Source of the DNA: Heterodontus francisci
Lineage: Eukaryota
Assembly: GCF_036365525.1 (NCBI RefSeq)
Contig: NC_090378.1
Span: 73,330,413 to 73,394,412 of the forward strand
DNA: 64,000 nucleotides
Direction of reading: 5' to 3'
Of this stretch, positions 13,201 through 28,200 are shown piece after piece; position 1 is the stretch's first letter, and every line of letters starts with the position of its first letter. The notes under the pieces are model-generated. The model made no database searches, was not told the origin of the DNA, and was given only the letters and a program-made list of their open reading frames with translations. Made by a program: the position numbers and the translations under genes.

Positions 13201-16200
13201 TGGACTCAAGCAATAGTAGGTACACAATGGACCTCAACCTTTAATTGCCAATGTTTGTGGCTCAGGCGTGTCACAAGTGCATGAGCAGCTGGCTTGTTAC
13301 AAGTGCATGAGCAACTTGTAGTTGCTCATAATTCTGTTGTTACAGGTAACACTACTTTCTTTGGCTCACATACCTCTATGTACAGCTATATTTTGTATTT
13401 GTACTGCCACAAACTTTACTTTGTGTCTCACTCCCAATTATACAGAAAGGGAATTCTATAAAGCAGAAGGACTGCTGAACTCAGCAAAGGGCAAGATTTA
13501 TTTGTTGATCCTTCAAACTTCAAGGACTTACATGGATTAGTCGATCTTTTTCCTGAAGAAGTTCTTTGAGGCGGGCTATTTCTGTTGGCATCTCCAATGA
13601 GGAAACATTCTGCTTGGTGAAATTTACTACTTCGCGATCCTTCTCCACCAACTGGCGACGCAATGCCTGCAACTCATGGTTCTTCTCCACAAGAGTACGT
13701 GTCAACCTCTCTGCTGCATCCTGAGCAACAGAAAAAATAACACATAGGAAATTATATTTAAAACCTATCTCATCTGACCATCAGCAGAGATAGTGGCAAA
13801 TTATGTATCCCAGCTTGGCTCAGTTACTAACACTCTCGCCGCTGAATCAGAAAGTTGAGGGGTTTGAGCCCTACACTTGACTACCTGATCTAAAAATGAC
13901 ACTTCAGTGCATTCTTAATGTAATTTTGCACTGTTAGAGGTGCTGCCCTTTACATGAGACATTAAATAGAGGTTGTGTTCGCCAGTTCTGGTGGATGTTA
14001 AAAAGTGGCCCTACTCAAAATTAGCTCAATTGCTAATTTATTGATTGCAATTTCACCTGGTGATGCATTGCCAACTGACTTTATTCCTTGCTGTAAAATT
14101 TTCCAAGATGATGGTCGAGAACTGGTACTAAGCAACATGTCTCCACCTGATTCTTCAAATGTTATCCTACTGTTTCCATGGATTCTTGCATTCACTGCAA
14201 TGAAGGCATTGTTTACATCACCTAATCTGATCTTTCTAGTTTTGATTAGTTAACTGAAAAAAAAATCTACCTTATCATACCATAGATTTTCAGAATCTAG
14301 TTGTTAATGCATTGAGGATACCCTCCATCATGTTGTGTGGCACTATCACCGTGCTAAATGGAATAGATTTTAAACAGATCTAGCCATGTAAAACTGGGCA
14401 TCCATGAGGCGCTGTGGGCCATCAGCAGCAGCAGAATTGTACTCAACCACAATCTGTAACCTCATGGCCCGACATATTCCCCACTCTACCATTACCATCA
14501 AGCCAGGAGACCAACCCTGGTTCAATGAAGAGTGCAGGAGGGCATGCCAGGAGCAGCACCAGGCATACTTCAAAATGAGGTGTCAACCTGGTGAAGCTAC
14601 AAGCCAGGACTATTTGTGTGGCAAACTGCGTAAGCAGCATGCGATAGACAGAGCTAAGCGATGCCATAACCAACGGATTCGATCTAAGCTCTGCAGTCCT
14701 GCCACATCCAGCCGTGATTGGTGGTGGACAATTAAACAATTAACTGGAGGAGGAGGCTCCACAAATATCCCCATTCTCAATGATGGGGGAGCCCAGCACA
14801 TCAGTGTGAAAGGTAAGGCTGAAGCATTTGCAACAGTCTTCAGCCAGAAGTGCCGAGTTGATGATCCATCTCGGCCTCCTCCTGAAGTCCCCAGCATTAC
14901 AGATGCCAGACTTCAGCCAATTCAATTCACTCTGCGTGATATTAGGGAACGAGTGAAGGCATTGGATACTGCAAAGTACTGAAGACCTGTGTGCCGCGCT
15001 CCTAGCCAAGCTATTCCAGTACAGCTACAACACTGGCATCTACCCGGCAATGTGTAAAATTGCCCAGGTATGTCCTGTACACAAAAAGCAGGACAAGTCC
15101 AACCTGGCCAATTACTGCCCCATCAGTCTACTCTCAATCATCAGATAAGTGATGGAAGGTATCATCGACATTGCTATCAAGCAGCAGTTGCTTAGCAATA
15201 ACCTGCTCAGTTTGGGTTCCGCCAAATCCACTCAGCTCCTGACCTCATTACAGCCTTGGTTCAAACATGGAAAAAAGGGCTGAACTCAAGAGGTGAGGTG
15301 AGAGTGACTGCCCTTGACATAAAGGCAGCATTTGACCGAGTATGGCATCAAGGCCTGAGCAAAGCTGAAGTCAATGGGTATCAGGGGAAAACTCACTGCT
15401 GGTTGGAATCATACCTAGTGCAAAGGAAGATGGTTGTGGTTGTTGGAGGTCAATCATCTCAGCTCCAGGACATCACTGCAGGAGTTCCTCAGGGTAGTAT
15501 CCTAGGCCCAACCATCTTCAGCTGCTTCATCAATGACCTTCCTTCAACCATAAGGTCAGAAGTGGGGATGTTCGCTGATGATTGCACAATGTTCAGCACC
15601 ATTCGCGACTCCTCAGATACTGAAGCAGTCCGTGTAGAAACGCAGCAAGACCTGGATAATATCCAGGCTTGGGCTGATAAGTGGCAAGTAACATTCATGC
15701 CACATAAGTGCCAGGCAATGACCATTTTCAACAAGAGAGAATGTAACCATCTCCCCTTGACATTCAATGGCATTACGATCGCTGAATCCCCCACTATCAA
15801 CATCCTAGGGGTTACCATTGACCAGAAACTGAATTGCAGTAGTCATATAAATACCGTGGCTACAAGAGCCTCCTGACACCCCAAAGCCTGTCCACCATCT
15901 ACAAGGCACAAGTCAGGTGTGTGATGGAATATTCTCCACTTGCCTGGATGGGTGCAGCTCCAACAACACTCAAGAAGCTCGACACCATCCAGGACAAAGC
16001 AGCCCGCTTAATTGGCACCCCATCCACAAACATTCATTCCCTCCACCACCGACACACAGTGGTAGCAGTGTGTACCATCTACAAGATGCACTACAACAAC
16101 GCATCAAGACTCCTTAGACAGCACTTTCTAAACCCACGACCTCTACCAACTAGAAGGACAAGGGCAGCAAATGCATGGGAACACCACCACCTGCAAGTAC

Positions 16201-19200
16201 CCCACAAAGTCACACACCATCCTGACTTGGAACTATATCGCTGTTCCTTCACTGTCGCTGGGTCAAAATCCTGGAACTCCCTTCCTAACAGCACTGTACA
16301 ACACATGGACTGCAGCAGTTCAAGAAGGCAGCTCAGCATCACCTTCTCAAGCCCAATTAGGGATGGGCAATAAATGCTGGCCTTGCCAGCGTCGCCCACA
16401 TCCCATGAATGAATAAAAAAAAATCAGGATAGCCAACAGTCTAGACACCTGCAGGGGGTTAGTCAGAAAATGACTCCTCCATAAACAACAGTACATAAGG
16501 GTGTTTATTGAAGATGCACATAAAGTGCATTATAGGGAGGGTGCTTTATGTGATTTCTCTATTACCAAAACAGCCATACAAAATTGTATCCCATTTCACA
16601 AAGTGGCATGTTAAAGACAGAAGTGCAATTGAAAAGTGCTTAATATAGTTTTTCAAAGGGAGTTATAAATAATGTGCATAGTATTGGTATGTAATTAATA
16701 AGGAAATGACATGAGATGTCTATTACAAAGATAAGTCAAAGAAAATTATTGGAAACGTGTTTTTTTAAAGGAGAAGGGGAGCCCTAAGCAACTGGTGTTA
16801 TATCAGCAGATTGTGATACACAAGGGCATGGTGCTATGGATCTTTAGATGTTTAGAGAAATAAGCCACACAGAAACAGGAACAGAGTATTCAGGCAGTGC
16901 ATTACCTTCATCTGCTGATCATGGGAACTGATGGTTTGCAGCAGTTCTGCTACCTCTTGCTCGTGATCAACCGCCAATAGGCTTCTATCTGTGAGCACTT
17001 CCTGCAGCATTCGCTCCTTCAGCTGCAACCGCAGTCTCAGCTGTTCCATCACCTCATCGGACCCAACGCTAACCTTATTCATCAACACTACAGTCAGATC
17101 CTGCCAGGGAGATGTGAACAAAAAAGCGGCACTTCAGAGTGTGGATTGGTGTTCTGAAAAAACTTGTCACTGAGAGACAATCATGAATTATATCTTATTT
17201 GGGAGTTACTCTCAGAAATGCACGAACACATTGCACCATGGTAGGCACCCTTACTTTCCGACAAAGACATTTCACTTCCCTTGATAACCCCTAACTATCA
17301 AGCTCAGGTAAAATGCCTGTGTGCACTTTTTAAGCATGCTTATTAACTTGTTTACACAAAACCAGTCATCCACATTAAATAGGGCACAAAGGAATTTTAT
17401 GGGAACATACTAATCACTGTGCTGCCAGAGGGATGAATATTTATAGAACCAATAATTCCAGTCAAGTTCAATTGAGATGAGGAGAAATTCTTCACTCAAA
17501 GGGTTGTGAATCTTTAGAATTCCCTACTCCAGAGAGTTGTGGATGCTCAGTCATTGAGTATATTCAAGACAGAAATCAATAGAATTTTGGATATTAAGGG
17601 AATTAATGGAAATGGGGATAGTGGAGGGAAGGGGGAGTTGAGATAGAGATCTGCCATGATCATAATGAAAGGTTGAGTGGGCTCCAGGGGCTTACTCCTG
17701 CTCCTTTTTTTAAATCTTAGATATCCTATAGTTTGAATAGAGCCCTTTTACTTTCCATGTGGACAGCCCCACTTGCTAACAGGATCTGGGTAACCGGGGA
17801 GGAAAGTACAGTAATGCTGAATCTAAGAAAGGGATTCTGAACAGACAGAAAACACATGGAGCAACAGCTCTTCTCAGGGTTACAGCACACCAGAATTTTG
17901 CAATATATAGACCCTGGGCTGCATTATGAGCATCACTACCTAACTGTAAAATATTCAAGCACGAACCAACTGGTTGATCACTGCAAATTTGTGCAATTGT
18001 TTTTCATAAAATGCATTATTTTCAGAAATTTATTTTGCCATATCACCATGAATAGGATTTGTATTGTCAAAGCTCTGACTGAGTTTTTCTTTCTGTGGCC
18101 TAGGCAGTTCCCTACCTCTACCTCCTTGTTGCAGTTGTGCAGTGCTGCCTGGAGCTGACTGTTGACTGCGTCCTTTTCCTTCAGGGAGAGGACATGCTTC
18201 TCCTCCACCTCCTGCTTCAACCACTGCAGATTCTTGTATGTCACTGTAATCTGTTCTAACTCCAGGTCCTTGCCTTTCATGAGGCTCTCCAGACTCTGAA
18301 AATTGGAGGATAAAAAGATCACAATCACAAGCTCAGTTCAGATCCAAGCCATTCGGCTCATTAAGTCTCATCTTGCACAACACTACATATTAAAACAGTC
18401 TTACATGCTACAAGCATCAAAAATACAAAGAGAATCTAAATCTACTTTACTGAGTGTTTCGTCATTGTTTGAAAACACTGTCAAGGGTCGCTCACACATA
18501 GAAAATCAGTGAGGCAACAACCAACCAATTGAGTGTTCAAGCATAAGCTCTCGAATTGCACAGAACTGCCCGAATGAAGATTTTAACTAATTTTTTTTTT
18601 AAATGAACATTTCTCAAAGTAACTGTACTCCTCTCACCCACCCTTACTTTCTAGTCAAGAGAACATAAAAATGTAGTAAGTACTCCAGTCAACCAAAATC
18701 TTTTTACAAATCGTTTTGGATTGCTATTCAACATGATGCTTGACCAATAATACTGAGGTCCTCTTGTAGATTTAAAATCAGCCATCTGCCATTTCAGATG
18801 TGGCACAGATATTCTTCACAGTTGTTTAGTTTGTAATGCAGCACAACAGTAGGTACTCTGTACATTTAAAGGGACTCTCTGGATTCCAGCAATTCCTGTT
18901 TAACACAGGACCAACCCCCACCTCCCATCACCTCACCCTTCCATTACTTTATCTGCCAACAGCATTGATGTACTTTTGGCATTTCATCAGCTAAGTAAAA
19001 ACAAACGTCTGTATAAGCCTTGGCTCAGTGGTATCAGTCTCTCGCCTTTGAGTCAGAAGGTTAAGGGTAAAGCCTCATTTCAGGACTTGATCAAATAATC
19101 GAGGTGGACATATCAGTGAAGTGCCGAGGGAGTGTTACACTGTCAGAGGTTCTGTCTATCAGATGAGACTTTAAACCAAGGGTCTATCTGCCCTCTCAGG

Positions 19201-22200
19201 TGGATCAAAAAGATCCCATGGCACTATTCAAAGAAGAGCAGGAGACCTTTCCTGGTGCCATCATTTATTCCACAACCAACCAAGAACAAATAACATGGTC
19301 ATTCATATCACTGCTGTTTGTGGTGGAAGGTTGCATATGCAAGTACAATCTTTTTCTTTAAAGTGACTGCTCAAATCTCAGTCACTGCAGCCACTTTCTG
19401 TACTGATAGGATCATTAGCAGTTTCTCATCACTAAGTGACGAGATCACACAGCTTGCTGCTTCTGGCTAAAGTACACAAGTAAATAATCAAAGTTAACAC
19501 CACAGGGCTTTGTGAATTGGGATTTTTTTTGTGATGAAACAAAAGAGAAGTTTTATGGATGTTAACAATTTTCTTTGACTTTGATTAAAAAATGAAAACA
19601 AGGTTTAGGACACAGAGTTTAGAGATTTCATGATTTCAGCCAGCAGCTAAAATGATGACATCACCATGTGATGATAAAAGGTTGCCAACAAATTCTGCAT
19701 GCAATAAAATGGCTGCATTCAATGACAAGGATGCAACATAATTGTAAAGATAAAAGCATGTCAATGCTGGGCAGTTGTTATGCAAGAAGGACAGAATTTT
19801 CCCAGCGAGTTCCAGTCTGTGCGGAATGGGAAAGTCCCGGAAAATGACGTTGGGTCAGAATCCTGACGTCATCCTGCCTTTTTCCGGCTTTTCCTGGGGT
19901 GTGGTCCGAGTCCTGCGGGGAACCCCCATGGGTCTGGTGGGATTGCAATTTAATAGATTAAAAAGGCCTTTTTAAGCATGAATTCTTCTTTTCCCAACAG
20001 CACGTGGCTTCCATGCTGTGTCTGCAACTCTCCAGGGTCACCGAGGCAAGTGCACAGCAGGAAGAGCTTCTTCAGTGAAACTGACAGGTTGGGAAGGGTT
20101 TGACCAGTTAACTGAAGAACTCCAGCCATGGCCAATGGGAGACTGCTGTTCAAAGCACTTCTTCTCTTAGACAGTGCAGTCACTTCTTGAAAGCTGCTTG
20201 CTAACTTCCTGAAAGACACTTCACCTGTCTAGCACTTCATTCATATTCAGCTGCAGTTTCCTGCTGCCAGCCTTCCATGCATGTTGGCAGCATATGGAAC
20301 TCCACCTTCCACTTCTGAAGAGAGGCAAAAGCAGAGGCCACACCCCCGCCAACAGATCCAGCAGCAGCAGAAGCAACACCAGCAACTGCCTTCTCCTCAG
20401 CTGCATACCCCTCCACAGGGCTGATGGGATGGACTTTGAGATCCAGCTGGAAGGAGGTGAGACTCCCAACACAGGGTCTACAAGCAGAGGATCAATGCTC
20501 TCAACATGTTTCAGAAGGCTCAGGCTTGCAAGGCACGTCACTACTGACATATGCAGCCTCCTGGAATGAAAGCTCCTTCCCAGTGGAGCAGGTGGGAACA
20601 CATTGGCAATGGCTGACAGAGTGCCTGTCACTGGAGGGCCAACCGCTACCCTGCACCATCACCCTCCCCGCCCCCAGCCCTGGGTCTGTGCCTCTTGCAA
20701 AGTTGTGTGCTCTCTTCATCTGCAAGGAGAGTAAGCAAAGAGGTGTAAATGTTCATAATAGCTTGTGTGGAAAGGAGGGAAGGCAACATTTGTGGGGGGT
20801 GCTGTGAGGCATGGATGTGAGAGGAGAATAGGCTGTGGGTGTGAGTGTAGGCTGTTCAGATGGGGATGTGAGGTGCCTAGAGAGAGAGGAATGAGTGGAG
20901 TTGCAAGGTGTTCTGAGGAGTGCTGTGTAGGAGAATGCTGGGAAAGTCAGAGTTTGGTGCTTGGCACCTCAAAGTGTTATGCCACACATCTTTCCCACCC
21001 TCCAGAGGTCCTGGATTCTCTTGGTGCACTGTCTCCAGATTGGAGGGACCACACTCCTGCCACTGACTTCCTCGGCCACTTCTATCCAGGCCTGTTTGTT
21101 TGGAGAGGTTGTCCTCTTCCTCCTGTCCTTGGTAGAGTTTGCCTCACTGCAGCCTCTCAGATCCTGCAGCAGGACCTCCAGGTAACAGAGAGGCCCAGGG
21201 AGCAATTTTCCCAATCTCCTCTCCGTCCCTATGGTTGCTGTAGCCTCAAAAATCCAAGTGCTGGTGTGCCCATGTAACCCATGGTGATCCCTTAATTAGA
21301 AATCCTTCCTTTGTTAGAATGGACATATCATCCTGCCCACCCTTCCTAGTTGGCCTAGGAGCCCAGAGGCGGGATACTAATGCCATTGCTCTGGGAAAGA
21401 GGCTCAGCAATGGCCGTCCATTGAGAAATCGGGTTCCAACCCGAAAATGGCCCCGTAGTTTTGGCAGGGACTAAATAAACAAGATTCCGCTGAGCATCTG
21501 TGCATTAAACAGAATGAAGTAGAACCTGTATGACCTCTTTCACTTATCTGGTTGAACACTCTACGTTATTTATTTCTGGCGTAAATAAATGTAGATATGC
21601 AGTGTGTCCACTTACATTAATAGTCTCTTCGTTATTGGAGAAGATGCAGCGGAATCTCTCCAGATCCCTTTCTTTCTCACGTAGAGCAAGGTGCAACTTC
21701 TGGATTTCACTCTCCTTTTCTTCCAAGGTACAGAACTTCTCATCAATGGCACGCTAGAAAGAAATTGTATAAGTGGTCTCCAACTCGTTACAAAATATGC
21801 TCTCCTGATTCTCAGAAAGTTTGAAAATTGAAGAGATCTTGAACTCTGGGACCTGCACTCTGTAAAGTATTTTGGAGCAGTGACAAATGAATAGCAAATG
21901 AGTAGTGAATGTCTTGGGAAGTTTTACTATGTCAAAGGTGCTATAGAAAGGCAAGTGGTTGTAAATTATGATGCTGTAGTACTAATTTTCTGCCACTTGA
22001 GACATTTCTAAAATCCTCCTTTTGTCAAATAACCTACTCATTACTTTTCCAATAAACTACTGAATGGACAAATGCAACTTGTCCAAGTACCTGAAAGTTT
22101 TGACATAAGAAAGAATGGAATTAAAAAAGTATATTCTGCCTATCGAGCCTATTTTCTTCTTCATACGTTTTAAAAACTCTCCTTTGATGGACTCCACCAC

Positions 22201-25200
22201 ACGCATTTCGGGCCCAATTATAACTCTGTGCAAGTGAATGGGTTTTGAGAGTTAAAAGTCCACCTTTAATTACCTGAAGGAATGTTCATCAAAAATTGTC
22301 CAATTTCTAAAAGTAATCAAGCAAAAACCAGCACATTATTTTGTTATTCTTTCATGGGATGTGGGCATCACTGACAAGGCATTTGTTGCCCATCCCTAAT
22401 TGCCCTTGATAACTGACTGGCTTGCTGTGCCATTTCAGAGGGCAGTTAAGAGTCAACCACATTGCTGTGGATCTGGAGTCACATGTAGGCCAAACCAGGT
22501 AAGGACATTAGTGAACCAGATGGGTTTTTACAACAATTGATGATAGTTTCATGGCACCATTATGTTAGGGTCTGAAGTTCTGTTAATGGATGATAAATAC
22601 CTGTAGTTCAAAATAATAGGGTGAACAGGTGTTGGTGTTAATTAGTTAATTCTATCCAAGTGTGTATATATAAAGAGCCAGCCAGCACTGGCAGGTTGTT
22701 TGGACAGCAGAAGTAAGCTCTGTGGCAAGCAATAAACAATCTTCACCAAACATCCTAGTCTCAGTGTCTTCTTCATAAACAGGCTTGGAAATTTCTCTAA
22801 CACATTACTGAGACTAGCTTTCAATTCCAGATTGTTATTAATTAATTGAATTTAAATTCCACCAGCTGCCATGCTGGGATTTGAACTCGTGTCCCCAGGG
22901 CATTAACCTGGGCCTCTGGATTACTCGTTCAGTGACATTACCACTATGCAGTTGCCCATCTCGGACACATCAATTTGCGCTGTGTGGGGACAAATGTTCC
23001 TTTAATCTCAAGTCTCCCTTCAGGCATGTTAATTTTTGTCTTCTAGCTTCATGCTGACAACCCATTTTGTACAGCTTGTTTCTACCAGCAATATCTATTG
23101 TTCCCAGCATTAGCTCAGTTGGTAGCCCTCACTCCCTGGTATGGTTTTAAATCCAATTCATGTACTTGAACACATAATCTAGGCTGATGTTCCTATGTAG
23201 TACTATGGGAGCTTTGTATTGTTAAATATGCCATCTTTTAAATGCGACATTAAACCAAGATCCGATCTACTTTTTTTTTATAGAGATACAGCACTGAAAC
23301 AGGCCCTTCGGCCCACCGAGTCTGTGCTGACCATCAACCACCCATTTATACTAATTCTACACTAATCCCATATTCCTACCACATCCCCACCTGCCCCTAT
23401 ATTTCCCTACCACCTACCTATACTAGTGGCAATTTATAATGGCCAATTTACCTATCAACCTGCAACTTGTTCTGGGAATTCAAGTAGAAGTTAAGGCTCC
23501 CATGGAATTATTCAATGATCAAGGGGATTTGCTGCTGTTCTGGTCAACATTCCTGCTTCAACCAACATGACCTGTAAACAGGTTAACTGGCTATTCATCT
23601 GGCTGTTTTCTGGAATATTGATGATGCAGAACGTCTGTTACGGTTGTCTATAACCTCAATCTCTGATCTTTTATTGGAAAAAAAAAGAGATTTTTTTTTC
23701 GAATGCAATCAGTCCTGCATCTCTCTGCTTATAACTCGGCCCTAAGTCAGAATCATCCTTGCCTGATTTTTTTTTCTTCCCCAGTGTTTCAAGACAATCA
23801 GTACAACTGTAGAACTCCAGAGGCCTGATGTGCCTGAGAAATAGTTTATCAAATCTGGTTTGCCTTTCCATAGCAATGATCTCAGCTCGTTGAATACATA
23901 TTGAAATAAACAATCATTAAGTGTGTCCCAGGTTAGTTAGACTCTGTTGGTACCTATAACTTCAGGAAAATCCCTTATCCTGAACACTATATTCAAGTTT
24001 AACCAACCCACATATCTACATCTTTGTCTCATCAAACCGTGAATTGGTTCATTTTGTGGAGGATTTATTGTTTTAATTAATGTTTTTTCTTGTATTGTTT
24101 ATATACAACTATTTATTCAAACTGTTAAGAAAACTATAAAATCTCAAGAAATTGTACTGAGCAACTCTTTGCAGTTAGAAATTCTTAAAGTATTTTTCCC
24201 CTCTCCCTCTACTTTGCTAACACACACAGCAGCAACTTTCTACTTTCTATATCCAATGGGGTAGCTTATCCTTTCAGCACTTATGGGATCCACTAACAGT
24301 GTCAAATTCAGTATTTAAAATTTACACATTTTTATCTATAATATCTCATGAGAGTCTTTACTTCACAAAAAAAATCACATTTTTAACTACTAATTTCCAA
24401 CTCATGGTGCTACCCCTGAGGGGGTGATGTGGTAAGGGGAGGATATCTCATCTGGCTGCTTTCTTATGCATTCAGAAGCATGTCTTTTAGGGTCATTTGA
24501 GGATTTTGCTAAAATAGCACAAAAAAATCCTTCATTTGGTTACAATGTCTCTAATGCATAATTGCCAGGGAAGGTTTTCTTCATCCCCTCAGACTGTGTA
24601 ATATGGTGCAGAGATGTGAAATAACATTTAAACAAAAAGGAGGATTACAGGAACCCTACTTTCAAAATAGAGACATCCTTTTAATTTTGTCATTAACAAG
24701 TTTAATAGAATAGTATTAGGAAAGCATTTTGTAAAGGAAGCCTGGAAAGATACAGCTGAGGAAGAAATGGCAAGATCATTTGTACATTAAACAGAAGCAA
24801 GATAATCTGACCTACCTCCAAAGCTTTATCTCGCTCTTTGATACGCTCTCGGAGTTTATCTACCAGTGCGCCTCTTTCTTCTCCACTTTGTTCCTCATTC
24901 TGCTGGCAGTCAAAGAGTTCAATATATTGCTACGAATATACAAAGAGAAATCCTTGGAACAAAGATTGTTTTACAACAGAATCCTTTCACCTTGGGACAC
25001 CTGGCTGTGATTCCAGTCCAGGCTGCTAAGATTACAATATCTCTGCACTGGCTGGTAAAAGATCTAAATGAAAAGAGTTGATGCTGTGCCAACCCAGCTC
25101 CCTATCAACATAAAGCATATCAGTCAAATCTCCATATTTCCATACTCATTTTGAAACCTCACTTGCTCACGCACCAAGAAGGATTGGTGTCAGAAGCAGA

Positions 25201-28200
25201 AAAATGCCTTTGTTCAATATGTCTTGATTTCAGGAAGGTTCAGGCAAATTGTGGGACAGTGTAATGGGAGTTTTTACACAATGGCCCATATTTTGCTGTA
25301 GAAATAATCGCTGAAGCTATTAGCACTCACTGTTATTAAAGTGTAAATCAGACAGCAACTTATGGCGACCGTGGAAATTTGGACATTGCTGTCCAAGTTA
25401 CCCTGCTCCTCCAGGAACATCACTTTGCCAATATCTCGCTGACAAGCTCATCATTAAAACATATGGAAGGGTATAAAGTTTCTGTACATAGGTGATACCC
25501 ACTAAACACTCCAGAAAAAGTTCGGATTTGTCCAATTCCGCGTAAGTGAATTTTTAACAGAGTGGAGAGTCGTATTTACTACCAAATAATCTCTCTGGCA
25601 CGGAAAATTAAGTTTTACAAGGGTGCAGTCTCATACCTTCAGATTTTAACTATTGGTGGACATTTAAAAAAAAAATTAAATAAAATGTTTCTTTGAAACG
25701 TTTTCTTTCTGTCTCTTTTATCTCTCTCTCTTAATCCAATACTTCTTTCCTTCTTTATTTTCCTTTCTGTACATGATTTTACATTGAATTAAATATTCTT
25801 ACTAACACTTCCCGGTTCAGACTCTGCATGCCTCTGTAAGGATTCTTCAGTCTGATTGGTTATGTAGATATACAGTTGCTTGCTCTGTTCACACAGGTCC
25901 CAGATCTGGTGTAGCGGATGCTTTGTTGAAATGGATTTCTAATTAAGGCAATTTAGAGTCATAGAGAGATACAGCACTGAAACAGGCCCTTCGGCCCATC
26001 GAGTCTGTGCTGACCATCAGCCACCCATTTATACTATTCCTACATTAATCCCATATGCCCCACCACCTTCCCTCAATTCTCCTACCACCTACCTACACTA
26101 GGGGCAATTCACAATGGCCAATTTACCTATCAACCTGCAAGTCTTTGGCTGTGGGAGGAAACCGGAGCACCTGGCGGAAACCCACGCCGTCACAGGGAGA
26201 ACTTGCAAACTCCGCACAGACAGTACCCAGAACTGAACCCGGGTCGCTGGAGCTGTGAGGCTGCGGTGCTAACCACTGCACCATTGCAAAATCCAATGCA
26301 AAAGTCCATAAAAAGTCTGTGTAACTAATAGCTGGCACCATTCAGTCACTGCAGACTGCAAAATCCATGTCATCTTCTGATTTGTGAGAAGTCTACTACT
26401 TAGTAAATCACACTTTTTGACAAATAGTTAATAAAAAGAACCTACATTTATGCAGCACTTTATCACATGTTTCAGAAACATCCCAAAGCATTTCACTTAC
26501 ATTGAATTCGCTTTCCAAGTTAAACTTTTTAAACATATAGGTAAAAGCAGCAGCCACTTTCCAGCCAAAAACTGCATTAGAGTTTATCTTCTTTGAGGTA
26601 TTGGTTAAGGGGCAGGTGCTGGGCAGGAAAGTAAGAGAACTCCCTACTCATTTCTGAATAGTAGCATGGAATCTTTAATGTCCACCTGAACCACCAGCAC
26701 AGATAGCGCCTCTGACAAATCAGCACTCCCTCAATACTGCATTGAAATGCGCTCATGCCCCGGAGTGGCAAAACCTTTTTGCTCAAGAGTTAAGACAACT
26801 ACCAAATTGACAATGCTGCAATGCACACACTCTGTCCAACAGCACAGGGGCTCGATCCACCTCAGGGACTCTACCAATTTTGCTTCTGAACCATCTGCCT
26901 GAATGTGTTACTCTGGCAACCTACCCTCAGGATTCTCCTCACTTCCAGTAAGGAACAACTTAGCCTGCACTCTGCTCTTCCCTCGGATGGCTGAGGTGAG
27001 AACTCTCTACACAAGTGCTAAACAACATCATGGAAGGTGTTTAAAAAAAAAAGCAGCCAGGATCTTGCTTCTGACTGCTATCTGGTGACCCCTCTTGGAA
27101 AGTGTGTGTGAGGATACTGGATAAGACTCAGCTGTGATACACTCAGTGGTTGAAAAGTCCACTGAAACTCACTGTACAGACTCACACAAGAATGAAGTAT
27201 GGGAAATTCAAGAAGGTACTGGAGGGCTGCCAGTAACAGTGGAAGCATATCCCAACAAAATGTGCCAACCTCAACAGGGATGGGGAAGAATGAAAAATAA
27301 TCCTGGGGATGGGATGAAATTAATGGAGGGGAAGAAGAGTATCTATCTGTAAGGCAAAGAATACTGGACTGTGTTGCTGTGAGGATTGGGTGCCTCATTG
27401 TACCTGCAGGAAGTGCTCTTTGTCCTGTAATCTCTCTTTCAGGCACTGGATGTTCTCCCCCTGGACATGGACTTCACGCTGATGCTCTCTCTCCAGGGCT
27501 TGATAGTGCTGTTCCTTCACCAGGAGCTCCTGCCGGACCTGTTGCAGTGAGCTGCGCAGCTCCTAAAACAAACCACAAACAACTAAATTGACTGGCAGCT
27601 TTCCACATAATGAATACCGATTCTCTGTATAAGAGGGCAATCAATGAAACTGTATGGTAATTTAAATCCATAATATCGTTATGACAGTTGGGAGACTTGG
27701 AGGTAGATAATCCACTGCATTTCACCAACATCTACTCTAATTTTTTTACGTTGCGTGTAGCCTATTCATAAGTGCGTGGGCCCTTTAAATTTTTTTACCA
27801 CGCCGCACAGTAACTTAAAGAGGCTGAATTGTGCTCTGTCTGCATGGGAACTTCCAGGTTGTTGTGTGGTGCGCAGCTTAGAAGGAATGCTTCTCTTTAC
27901 CTCAAGGACTTGGCTTCAAATCCGGCCAATGTATGGTGTGAAAGTCTCTTTTGTCTCAGGTAGTGTCAACAGAGTTCTAAGTGTTTTTTGGCACCACTAC
28001 TTGGCACAAATGGACAATCTCACAGGCAGGCCGGAGGGACTGGTTCAGGTGATGGAAAAAGTTACACCGGTGAATTAGAAGGTTCTCTTCCTTGTTGGGA
28101 GCTGAGGTAGAATACAGAGATCTGTACTCCATATCCAGTGTGCTGACCTAACAATACTTGGTCCTTAATGGTGGAATTTTAGTCCCAGCAGTTTCACTGG

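Noticed and set aside
13273-13313. Duplicated acaagtgcatgagca as RBFOX sites
   Set aside because: TGCATG is on the + strand, antisense to the pre-mRNA.
14404-16373. Functional reverse transcriptase gene
   Set aside because: Frameshifts, stops and internal deletions; a dead LINE copy.
26210-26287. tRNA gene (also the heads at ~22870-22955, ~29580-29666 and ~34150-34215)
   Set aside because: These are A/B-box heads of SINEs that continue into SINE bodies; no complete cloverleaf was seen.
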